A stretch of DNA of 64,000 nt from Anaerolineae bacterium (GCA_013177815.1 JABLXM010000001.1:15380-79379), one strand, 5' to 3'. Positions 24,825-32,703 are shown, counted from the stretch's first letter. Numbers and translations are program-made. Notes: generated from the sequence alone by a model not told the origin.

Positions 24825-26702
24825 ATGCTTCACCTCAACAAGACCTGGTTCAAGGACGATCACGACCGCACGCTGTGGCTGCGCGGTGTCAACCTGGGCG
24901 GCAGCAGCAAATTGCCCACCGATCCCGATGGCGCCACCTGGCGCGCCGAGCGCTTCTTCGAACATCGTCAGGTCTCCTTCGTCGGGCGTCCCTTCCCGCT
25001 GGCAGAAGCCGATCAGCACTTCGCCCGCCTGCGCCGCTGGGGACTGACCTTCATCCGCTTCTTGATCACCTGGGAGGCGATCGAACATGCCGGTCCGGGC
25101 ATCTATGACGAAGCCTACCTGGATTACCTGACCGCCGTCGTCAAGAAAGCCGGCGAACACGGGCTGACGCTCTTCATCGACCCGCATGAAGACGTTTGGA
25201 GCCGCTTCACCGGCGGCGATGGCGCGCCCGGCTGGACGCTGGAAACCGTCGGCTTTCACCTGCCCAACCTGCACGCCAGCAACGCCGCCTTCGTCCACTC
25301 GCAGGTGCAGGGCGACTACCCGCGCATGATTTGGCCCACCAACAACGAGAAACTGGCTGCCGCCACCATGTGGACGCTGTTCTTCGCCGGCGACGACTTC
25401 GCCCCACAGCTCAAGGTGGACGGCGCACCCATCCAGCAGTTCCTGCAGCAGCACTACTTCGACGCCGTGGCGCAAGTGGCGGAGCGCCTCAAAGGTATGC
25501 CGCACGTCGTCGGCTACGACGTCCTCAACGAGCCTTCCACCGGTTGGATTGGCTGGAAGGACCTGCGCATGAATGGCGGCTCTTTGCGCAGGGGCGCCAC
25601 CCCCACCCCCTGGCAATCGATGCTGATGGGCGAGGGTTACCCCCAACTGGTGGCGCTGTGGGACCTGACCATGGTGGGGCTCTCGCGCATCGGGCTGCGC
25701 ATCCACAACAACGAACGCATCCGCGCCTGGCAGGAGGAGCGCGGCTGCATCTGGCGCCAGCACGGTGTGTGGGATCTCGACTCGCGCGGGCATGCCCACC
25801 TGATCCAACCGCACTACTTCGCCACTCGCGGCGGGCGCGCGGTCGATTTCACCAACGACTACTACAAACCGTTCGCCGAACACTTCACCGCTGCCATCCG
25901 CACCATCGACCCCGACGCACTGATCTTCATCGAGAACGAGCCCCAACATGCCCCGCCGGTGTGGGGGACGGACGAGATGCCCGGGCTGGTCAACGCCGCC
26001 CACTGGTACGATAACATGACGCTCTTCATGAAGCACTTCTCCCCAAGTTTCACCATGGATACCAAGACCGGGCGCCCGTACTTCGGCAGGCGACGCAAAC
26101 AGGAGGTCTTCCGCCGGCAACTGGCAGCCATCCAAGACGCTCCCCTCCACCGCGACCAGCCCGCCCCCACCATCATCGGCGAGACCGGCATCCCAATGGA
26201 CATGCGTAAGAAGCGCGCCTACCACACCGGCAAGCAGGAGCACCTGGTCCAGGCGCTGGATGCCACCATGCAGGCACTGGAAGCCAACCTGCTCCCCTTC
26301 ACCCTGTGGAACTACACCGCCGACAACACCAACCAACACGGCGACCTGTGGAACGACGAGGACCTCTCCATCTTCAGCCGCGACCAGCAGCACGACCCCG
26401 CTGAGCCGGATTCCGGCGCGCGCGCCATGCCGGCTTTCCGCCGCCCCTATCCCACCGCCACCGCCGGCGAGCCGCTCTCGTTCCACTTCGATATCCAATC
26501 GGGGCGCATGACCTACACCTTTCACGGCAGCCCCATCACCACCCATCCCACCGAGTTCTACGTGCCAGTCAGTCACTACCCGCGCGGCTTTTGCGTGCAC
26601 GTCAGCGACGGGCGCTGGGAAGCAGACCCCGAGGCGCAGCGCCTGACCTACTGGCACTCCCCCAACCGCGAAGAACACACGGTCGTGATCGAGAGGTCCT
26701 AA
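24825..26702 (+). CDS. Glycoside hydrolase family 5 (glucosylceramidase/endoglycoceramidase-like)
   Basis: I chose the ATG at 24825 (MLHLNKTWF) because GGAGGG lies upstream. The acid/base is in VLNEPSTGW (NEP) and the nucleophile context is IIGETGIP. A C-terminal beta-domain is present. Confidence 0.7.
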   Translation: MLHLNKTWFKDDHDRTLWLRGVNLGGSSKLPTDPDGATWRAERFFEHRQVSFVGRPFPLAEADQHFARLRRWGLTFIRFLITWEAIEHAGPGIYDEAYLDYLTAVVKKAGEHGLTLFIDPHEDVWSRFTGGDGAPGWTLETVGFHLPNLHASNAAFVHSQVQGDYPRMIWPTNNEKLAAATMWTLFFAGDDFAPQLKVDGAPIQQFLQQHYFDAVAQVAERLKGMPHVVGYDVLNEPSTGWIGWKDLRMNGGSLRRGATPTPWQSMLMGEGYPQLVALWDLTMVGLSRIGLRIHNNERIRAWQEERGCIWRQHGVWDLDSRGHAHLIQPHYFATRGGRAVDFTNDYYKPFAEHFTAAIRTIDPDALIFIENEPQHAPPVWGTDEMPGLVNAAHWYDNMTLFMKHFSPSFTMDTKTGRPYFGRRRKQEVFRRQLAAIQDAPLHRDQPAPTIIGETGIPMDMRKKRAYHTGKQEHLVQALDATMQALEANLLPFTLWNYTADNTNQHGDLWNDEDLSIFSRDQQHDPAEPDSGARAMPAFRRPYPTATAGEPLSFHFDIQSGRMTYTFHGSPITTHPTEFYVPVSHYPRGFCVHVSDGRWEADPEAQRLTYWHSPNREEHTVVIERS

Positions 26703-27427
26703 TGGCTGCCAGGTCGATCTTCGATACCCTTCTACTGATCGCGCGCCCCGCCGCCGGCAAGAGCGAGATCATCGACTATCTCAAGAACACCCCGCCGGCG
26801 GAACGCAGCGCGCGCTTCCACATCGGCGAGCTGGTCGAGATCGACGATTTCCCCATGCTGTGGGCATGGCTCGAAGAGGACATGCTGCTGGAGCAGATGG
26901 GGCATCCCCGCCGGCACACCGACCCGCAGGGTTACTTCCTGGCGCCATACTTCTGGGACTTGCTGATCGAGCGCATCGGGCTGGCGTATCAAAAGAACCT
27001 GCGCGATCATCCCGGCTATGCCGAAAGCCACACCGTCATGGTCGAGTTCTCGCGCGGGGCAGAGCACGGCGGCTACCGTTCGGCGTTCGCTCACCTGCCG
27101 CCCGAGATGCCGGGCAGGATGGCGGTGCTGTACGTAGACGTCCCCTGGGAGGAATCGCTGCGCAAGAACCGCCGGCGCTTCAACCCCCAAAAGCCCGATA
27201 GCATCCTGGAGCACGCCCTGCCGGATGCGAAACTGGAACGCCTCTATAAAGAGGTGGACTGGGACGAGCTAACGCAAGATGACCCGCATTACCTCACCAT
27301 CCAGGGTGTACGCGTGCCGTACGTGGTGTTCGACAACGCCGATGACGTGACAACCGCGCACGGTGCGGCGCTGGGGGAACGGCTGGAGCGCTGCCTGGCG
27401 GACCTGTGGGGGCTGTACCGTGTGTAA
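26702..27427 (+). CDS. P-loop NTPase/kinase-like protein, function unknown
   Basis: The start overlaps the GH5 stop (TAATG). The Walker A-like motif is IARPAAGKSE. The layout vaguely resembles 6PF2K- or zeta-type P-loop kinases. Confidence 0.5.
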   Translation: MAARSIFDTLLLIARPAAGKSEIIDYLKNTPPAERSARFHIGELVEIDDFPMLWAWLEEDMLLEQMGHPRRHTDPQGYFLAPYFWDLLIERIGLAYQKNLRDHPGYAESHTVMVEFSRGAEHGGYRSAFAHLPPEMPGRMAVLYVDVPWEESLRKNRRRFNPQKPDSILEHALPDAKLERLYKEVDWDELTQDDPHYLTIQGVRVPYVVFDNADDVTTAHGAALGERLERCLADLWGLYRV

Positions 27428-27437
27428 GTGACGTGTC

Positions 27438-27589
27438 GGGCAAGAAGTCAACCACAGAGACACGGAGCACAGGGGGCTTTAGAGGGCAACGAATGCCGCG
27501 CGTCGTGCGGCAGGTCACGCTTGCGGCGTGACTTCCGCCGGGCAAGACTCAACCACAGAGACACGGAGGCACAGAGGGCTTTAGAGGGG
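27438..27589. repeat. Two ~50-bp direct copies of the CACAGAG-type repeat, 102-bp period
   Basis: gggcaagaagtcaaccacagagacacggagcacagggggctttagaggg (27438-27486) is nearly identical to gggcaagactcaaccacagagacacggaggcacagagggctttagaggg (27540-27588). The spacer contains the hairpin gtcacgc-ttgcg-gcgtgac. Confidence 0.75.
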
Positions 27590-27646
27590 GGAGCCAGATA
27601 TTCGTTTTTCAAGGTGCCGGAATAAGGAACGAATGAAACGAATGGG

Positions 27647-28098
27647 TTACGGTTCCAGCAGCGCCTTCTGGCGCAGCTCCTCGACGACCTCGTCAATCGC
27701 CTGCTGCAGCGCCGTCTCCAGGTCGCCCTGCGGCGCGTTGACCACCCCGGGGTTCAAGCGCAAATGGGCATGCGCCAGCCGGCTGATGCCGAAAGCGGAG
27801 AGGCACGCCAACCGCACCGCGTTCGCCAGCTCCGCCGGGTCGCCCGAATTGTGGGCGTGCTCGATATAGGCATCCAGCAGCGTGCGGATGCGCTCGATAT
27901 CCTTCAGGAACGAGAGGGCTTGCGCGGGGTCGGGATCCTTCGGGGACTGCTTGGGGATGTACACATAGGCGCCGTGTTTGAGGGCGTTGCGGTTGCCGGG
28001 CTGCGCGCCGCGGCGGCGGGCTTGGGGCTGGGGTTCGGGGAGGAGCGGGAAGCCTTCCAGGTGGGGGTCCTTTCTGTTGGGGGATTAGCGAATAACAT
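27647..28098 (-). pseudogene. Hypothetical protein with GNRNALKHG motif, apparently frameshifted near its 5' end
   Basis: The 105-aa ORF (27647-27964, GTG) stays open upstream as ...NRKDPHLEGFPLLPEPQPQARRRGAQPGNRNALKHGAYV with no start codon. The only ATG (28098) lies behind a strong promoter but in another frame. One extra base in the run of 5 G at 28079-28083 would join them. Confidence 0.5.
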
Positions 28099-28115
28099 GC
28101 AGCGGTGGTTTGTAT

Positions 28116-28144
28116 AGTATAGTACATTTGTTCTATTTTGTCAA
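28116..28144 (-). promoter_or_regulatory. Sigma70-type promoter TTGACA-17 nt-TATACT
   Basis: On the minus strand, TTGACA sits at 28144-28139, followed by a 17-nt spacer and TATACT at 28121-28116. The ATG at 28098 lies 17 nt downstream of the -10, giving a very short leader. Confidence 0.5.
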
Positions 28145-28241
28145 GTGAATAGAGCAAATCCATCGTATTCGTTCAAACTTGTTTATTGGGAAAAAATATC
28201 TATAATGAATGAGTAATTTGTCTTCCGGGAGGACAATCAAA

Positions 28242-29337
28242 ATGGCATATTACCTGGACCTGTTCTCACCTGAAACCTATGAAATGTTCTCAAAGTCCGA
28301 CAGGAAAATATCCGGGTTTCGTCAGAGGCAGTCGAAAACCGCACAACGGATCAAACCCGGCGACCGGTCGGTATGTTATATCCAAGCTGTCCTGTTGGGT
28401 TGGCATACTCGAAGTCAAGAGCGAATGCTTCACCGACAACACGCCCATTTTCTACAAAGAAGACGCCCCATTCATCATCCGTTTTCGGGTGGAGCAGATC
28501 GTCTGGTTGGCGGTGGAGAAGGCGATTCCTATTCGTGAAGACCGGATTTGGAAAATGCTGTCCTTTACGGCGGGTCACGCTAAACACTCATCGGAATGGA
28601 CCGGCAAAGTCCGCGCCAGCCTGACAGCATTATCCGAGCAAGACGGGGCATTCCTTGAAGCAGAACTTACCCAGCAGGTATCGAACCTGGTGATATATCC
28701 GGTAGATGACGCCGAGTATCAAAAACTGATCAAGCAGCGCGTGCGCCGCGCCGATAAGAGCGTGACGGTATCCATCCCCTCAGACACGGCGCATGACACC
28801 GAAGTGGTCGACGCTGCCCATGTGCGGGATTCGATCAAGTACCAGGCATTGCTGGCGGGGATCAGGATACGGATGGGGTTCAACATCTGGATCCCGCGCA
28901 ACGACAAGAACCGGGTGGCTGAGGAAGTACGGACCGGCAAAGATGCTTTCCTGGATGTTCTGCCCTTGAACTACGATGATGCCACCCTGAAAACGATCGA
29001 GCAGATCGATGTGATCTGGCTCAAGAAGCGGGCAATCGCCCGGGCGTTCGAGGTGGAGCACACCACCTCGATCTATTCCGGCATCCTGCGCATGGCTGAC
29101 CTGATAGCACTGCAACCGAACATAGATATCAAACTGCACATCGTCGCGCCGGCAAGCCGGCGGGAGAAAGTGTTCCAGGAGATCCAGCGCCCGGTGTTCT
29201 CGCTGCTGGAGAAGGGAGCGCTATCGGATTACTGCACTTTCATCTCGTATGACAGCGTGGACGAACTGGCGAAGTTGAAGCATTTGACACATTTGTCGGA
29301 TTCGGTGATCGAGGAGTACGCGGAAGAGGTTGAATAA
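28242..29337 (+). pseudogene. EVE/PUA-like N-terminal domain fused to a PD-(D/E)xK-like nuclease domain; +1 frameshift near 28380
   Basis: Frame A starts at ATG 28242 (GGGAGG 8 nt upstream): MAYYLDLFSPETYEMFSKSDRKISGFRQRQSKTAQRIKPGDRSVCYI. Frame B continues SKLSCWVGILEVKSECFTDNTPIF...IIRFRVEQIVWL. The C-terminal part has IDVIWLKK...AFEVEHTTSIYSGILRMADL (D...ExE/K-type). An intact reading needs removal of 1 nt around 28377-28381. Confidence 0.6.
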
Positions 29338-29578
29338 GTTGATAAACGGTGAATACTATGAATTATTCAACAATTGGCACGTGCAAGTTCATTCTACTGG
29401 TTATTCGCGATGTTAAGCATGATTCACTAGGGTACAAATAAGGTTATATGCAACCCCAAACCGGTATTACTTGCTTTTTCCATCCGTGCTGTCATCACCC
29501 CATGAGGGGCGTGGCGACCAAAGGATCTCTTTGCGCGACCGACAAGGACCTTTGCCTGCCGCACAGGCTTCAAGATGC

Positions 29579-29712
29579 CCGAACCTTCCGAGGGTTCCAA
29601 ACCTTCGGAAGGTTCAGGGGGGCACTTTTTCATTGACAGGGGAGATGCTTCCCCCTGCGGGGACTTCGCGCTTCGCTCAGCATGACGGGGCTGACTTTTT
29701 CGGAAGGTTCGG
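29579..29712. repeat. MITE-like repeat, variant copy A
   Basis: A 62-nt core (29626-29687, tttttcattgacaggggagatgcttccccctgcggggacttcgcgcttcgctcagcatgacg) is identical to copy C. The ends differ: ccgaaccttccga (29579-29591) is inverted relative to tcggaaggttcgg (29700-29712). Confidence 0.6.
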
Positions 29713-29890
29713 GGGGCACCGCCTTTGATGCGATCCCTTATTTTCACGGTACCAATATTAGGAGTCCGTAGGGCGTGTTCGAGCAGCGCGCCTTCATCGA
29801 GGCGCGGCTGGAGGGGTTCAAGCAGAATTACGCAGATTACGAGCGGTATTATTTGGGGTAGCGCCGCCCCCACCGGAAGGGTCGCGGCGG

Positions 29891-31591
29891 TCAGCCCTGC
29901 CCCACCCGTGCGCGCTCGCGCTGCAGGATGCGCCGCAGGATGGCGATCGAAGTGGCGTAGGTCGAATCCATGCCGGCAAAGGAAAGCGTCCCCGCCCCCA
30001 GGTTGCGCCCCTTGCTGATCGGTTTATCCGATGCGTAATGCAGTATGCCTACATCGAATGGCGCCGGCTGCAAATTCACGATCTCATTCACCGGGTGGCG
30101 CGTTGGACGGTACATCTCGTAGACCGCCGAGAGGTACGGACCCGCTTCCATCTCGATATCGGTGTAGCCTTCGCGGTAGAACACGTCCATGAAATCGCTG
30201 TTCTGCAGGAAGGTGCCCTGCACGCTGACCGCCTTCTGGTTATCCAGCACGCTGCCGAAATCCAGGAAGGGCGCCACATCCGCCGCGTTGAAGGCGTTGG
30301 TGAACATGTAGGTATTCTGGGACTGCTCATCGTGCACCACGTTGGGGATCATCACATCGCCGATCACACCGTTGAGCGTGGCGCCTTTGCCCATCGAATA
30401 CACTCCCAGCACCGGGCTGACGTGCTCTGCCACCTTCGCCAGGATGTTATAGGCGCCCAATCCCAGCGGGTAATCGACGTTGAGAATCAGCGCATCCGAG
30501 CGCTTGAGGAAAGCGAAATCCTCACCCCCCAGGCGCGGGTCGAAGTTGGGGGGGCACAATTCAGACAGTTCCACCACCTGGGCATCGACCTCGAAGTAAT
30601 GATCGCTGGCGATGCGGGTGATGCCGCAGCCCTGCTCCGCCCGCAACTGCGCCGCGGTCGATTCCGCCCCATCCGCGCCCTGCTGCAATTTCTTCAGCAG
30701 GTAGTACAGCAGGTTCTCATCACCCAGGCGGCGGCGCGATTGCAACTCCACCCACTCGCGACGGGTGGCGGCGTTCTCCGGTCGTTTGAGGAATGCCATC
30801 AACGCTTTGCGTTCGCTGAGGGCATACCCTGAGAGCAAATTGGTGATCGAATGGGGGTTACTGGAGATAAAGTAGACCGGGCGCTGCAACAGCCCAGGGC
30901 AGGTGCGCTCGATGTTCTCCCACCAGGCGCGCGTCGCCCGCCAGTATTCCGAGAGCGAGCCGTTCAACAAGCGCACTTGCAAGTCGCAGCGCTGGCGCGC
31001 AATGATCTTGAGATTGTCCAAAAAGCGCCCGCCCCACACTGCCCGCAGCCGCTCCAGTTCTTCTACCGTCATCTGCAATGCGCCCGCCAGCCGCTCCGGC
31101 TGGTGCTGCGCGGCAAGCTCCAGGTCGAAACCCGCCGCAAGCCGGTTGAGCAGGAAGTGCAGCTTGTTCCACTCGATCTGGTATGCCGTCATGGTGGGCA
31201 GGATATCCTCGATATCCGAACGCGAGACGATGAAACACGCCAGGGTGCGCCGTCCATCGAAGAAGGTGCGCCTGCGTCGCGCCCGCGCCGGGGTGGTGCG
31301 CCAGCTTTCCACGCGCGGGTAGCCGTGCTGACTGAACACCTGGGCGCTCTGCCCCAGCAGCACCTGCTGCACATTCGGCATGCAATCCGGCAGCCGCAGC
31401 AGCGAATAAATGAACGCCGAAACATCCGGCGCGCCCGAGCGCGCATTGGGATGCAGCGAGGAATTCATGCTGGCATGGGCTTCTTCCAACGAGCGGATCT
31501 GCACCGCCGTGGTCGAGCGCAGCAGCGAGTAGATGGTGCGCAGGTAAAGTTCGATCTCTTGTGAATCCGTGCGGGGCACTGTCCGTTCCAT
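29891..31591 (-). CDS. AMP-nucleosidase-like protein (C-terminal PNP/UDP-fold nucleosidase domain, unrecognised N-terminal ~330 aa)
   Basis: I chose the ATG at 31591 (MERTVPRTD): AGGAG lies 5 nt upstream and it forms a TGATG junction with the upstream gene. C-terminal motifs are VDYPLGLGAY, GDVMIPNVVHDE, YTDIEMEAGPY and HYASDKPISKG. From memory these resemble the E. coli Amn catalytic domain. Confidence 0.6.
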   Translation of the reverse strand: MERTVPRTDSQEIELYLRTIYSLLRSTTAVQIRSLEEAHASMNSSLHPNARSGAPDVSAFIYSLLRLPDCMPNVQQVLLGQSAQVFSQHGYPRVESWRTTPARARRRRTFFDGRRTLACFIVSRSDIEDILPTMTAYQIEWNKLHFLLNRLAAGFDLELAAQHQPERLAGALQMTVEELERLRAVWGGRFLDNLKIIARQRCDLQVRLLNGSLSEYWRATRAWWENIERTCPGLLQRPVYFISSNPHSITNLLSGYALSERKALMAFLKRPENAATRREWVELQSRRRLGDENLLYYLLKKLQQGADGAESTAAQLRAEQGCGITRIASDHYFEVDAQVVELSELCPPNFDPRLGGEDFAFLKRSDALILNVDYPLGLGAYNILAKVAEHVSPVLGVYSMGKGATLNGVIGDVMIPNVVHDEQSQNTYMFTNAFNAADVAPFLDFGSVLDNQKAVSVQGTFLQNSDFMDVFYREGYTDIEMEAGPYLSAVYEMYRPTRHPVNEIVNLQPAPFDVGILHYASDKPISKGRNLGAGTLSFAGMDSTYATSIAILRRILQRERARVGQG

Positions 31592-32475
31592 CAAGTCTCC
31601 TGCGAGTCGTATTTCCAGAGCCAGTATGCCAGCCCCTGCCATGCATCCCAGTGCGCGAAAGCCGCTTCGACCTCGGCTTTGCCGACCGGCTGCCCGCCGT
31701 GGAACTCCTGCGAGACCAGCGAGAGCGCCCAGGTATCCACCGGGATGTGGTCATAGCGCCCCAGCAGCATCAGCAGGTTGGCGGCGGCGTACGCCCCCAC
31801 CCCCTTGATGCCCAGCAGCGCTTTGCGCACCTCGGCGGTGGGGCGCGGGTCGTTTTTGAAGGCTTCGAGCGCCAGATCGCCACCTGCAATCCGCTGCGCC
31901 AGTTCGACCACGTAGGGCGCGCGGTAGCCGCAGCGCACCACGTCCTTCAGCTCCGCCGCGTCCACACCCGCCAGCTTCTCCGGGGTTGGGAAGGCTTTCA
32001 GCGCCGGATCTTCCGGCAGCGGATTGCCATAGGCTTCCACCAGCCGGCGCGTCATACCCTTGGTGGCGCCCCACTGGGTGTTGGTGGTGAAGATGGTCTT
32101 GACCAGGTCCTCGAACAGGGTTGGGCAGCGCAAGAAGCGTCCCCGCCCTTCCGGTTCGACATGCGCCAGTTTCGGCTCTGACCGCGTCAATTGGTAGAAC
32201 GGGCTGAAGTCCATATCCAGCCCCAGCATCCAACTCACGCGGCTGGCGATTTCATCCTGCTGCGCCGCATTCAGGCTGGCGCTGCTCGTCACTGCCACAC
32301 CGCCATCCGCCGGTGTAATGGTGAGCGCGGTCACAGTGCCGCCGGGGAGTTCATCCACCGTGCGCAATTCAAGCGGTTCTTCCTGGAAGGTGAAAGGCAC
32401 CAGTTGCGCCCAACCATGCGAGAAAATGACGTGCCGCAGCACAAACGGTGGTCTGGCTTTCAGTTCGATGCGCAT
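31591..32475 (-). CDS. HhH-GPD superfamily DNA glycosylase (AlkA/Ogg-like)
   Basis: I chose the ATG at 32475 (MRIELKARPPF) because GGAGGG lies upstream. It has an N-terminal AlkA_N/OGG_N-like domain, then LLGIKGVGAYAAANLLMLLGRYDHIPVDTW (helix-hairpin-helix, G-rich loop and catalytic Asp). Confidence 0.75.
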   Translation of the reverse strand: MRIELKARPPFVLRHVIFSHGWAQLVPFTFQEEPLELRTVDELPGGTVTALTITPADGGVAVTSSASLNAAQQDEIASRVSWMLGLDMDFSPFYQLTRSEPKLAHVEPEGRGRFLRCPTLFEDLVKTIFTTNTQWGATKGMTRRLVEAYGNPLPEDPALKAFPTPEKLAGVDAAELKDVVRCGYRAPYVVELAQRIAGGDLALEAFKNDPRPTAEVRKALLGIKGVGAYAAANLLMLLGRYDHIPVDTWALSLVSQEFHGGQPVGKAEVEAAFAHWDAWQGLAYWLWKYDSQET

Positions 32476-32703
32476 CCATCCCTCCACATGCGTCGATGAT
32501 AACACAGATGCTTCCAGGGTTATATTCAATGTACCAGCAGGGAATGGCTTACACCATGGAAAAATCATTCTCCGTCATAAGCCCAAACCACTATCACTTT
32601 TACAAAGGCGGGAATACAATATCAGTGCCTGCCGAAACAACCGGCAATGATGTTTTCACACCGATGAGACAAAGCCGCCCAAATACTCCCAGAGGATAGC
32701 TAT

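Noticed and set aside
24696-26678. 660-aa minus-strand ORF
   Set aside because: It is antisense to the GH5 gene and shows the same G/R/V/A-rich compositional artefact. The plus-strand frame carries the NEP and GETG catalytic contexts.
27438-27589. Possible CRISPR array
   Set aside because: There are only two repeat copies and the repeats are ~50 bp. No cas genes are nearby and the same motif is dispersed singly elsewhere. It is better explained as an intergenic repeat family.
27693-28163. 156-aa proline-rich ORF (…PPPGRLPAPPRTPAPSPPPRRAARQPQRPQ…)
   Set aside because: This is the third frame over the GNRNALKHG gene and its promoter. It would start inside the AT-rich promoter region and is low-complexity. 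The alternative frame has a conserved-looking motif and a helical C-terminal domain.
29775-29861. 28-codon GTG ORF (VFEQRAFIEARLEGFKQNYADYERYYLG) with AGGAG 10 nt upstream, between MITE-like copy A and the nucleosidase-like gene
   Set aside because: It looks protein-like and could be a C-terminal relic or a micro-protein. However, it is too short to support without homology or expression data, and it lies where a convergent gene's terminator region is expected.
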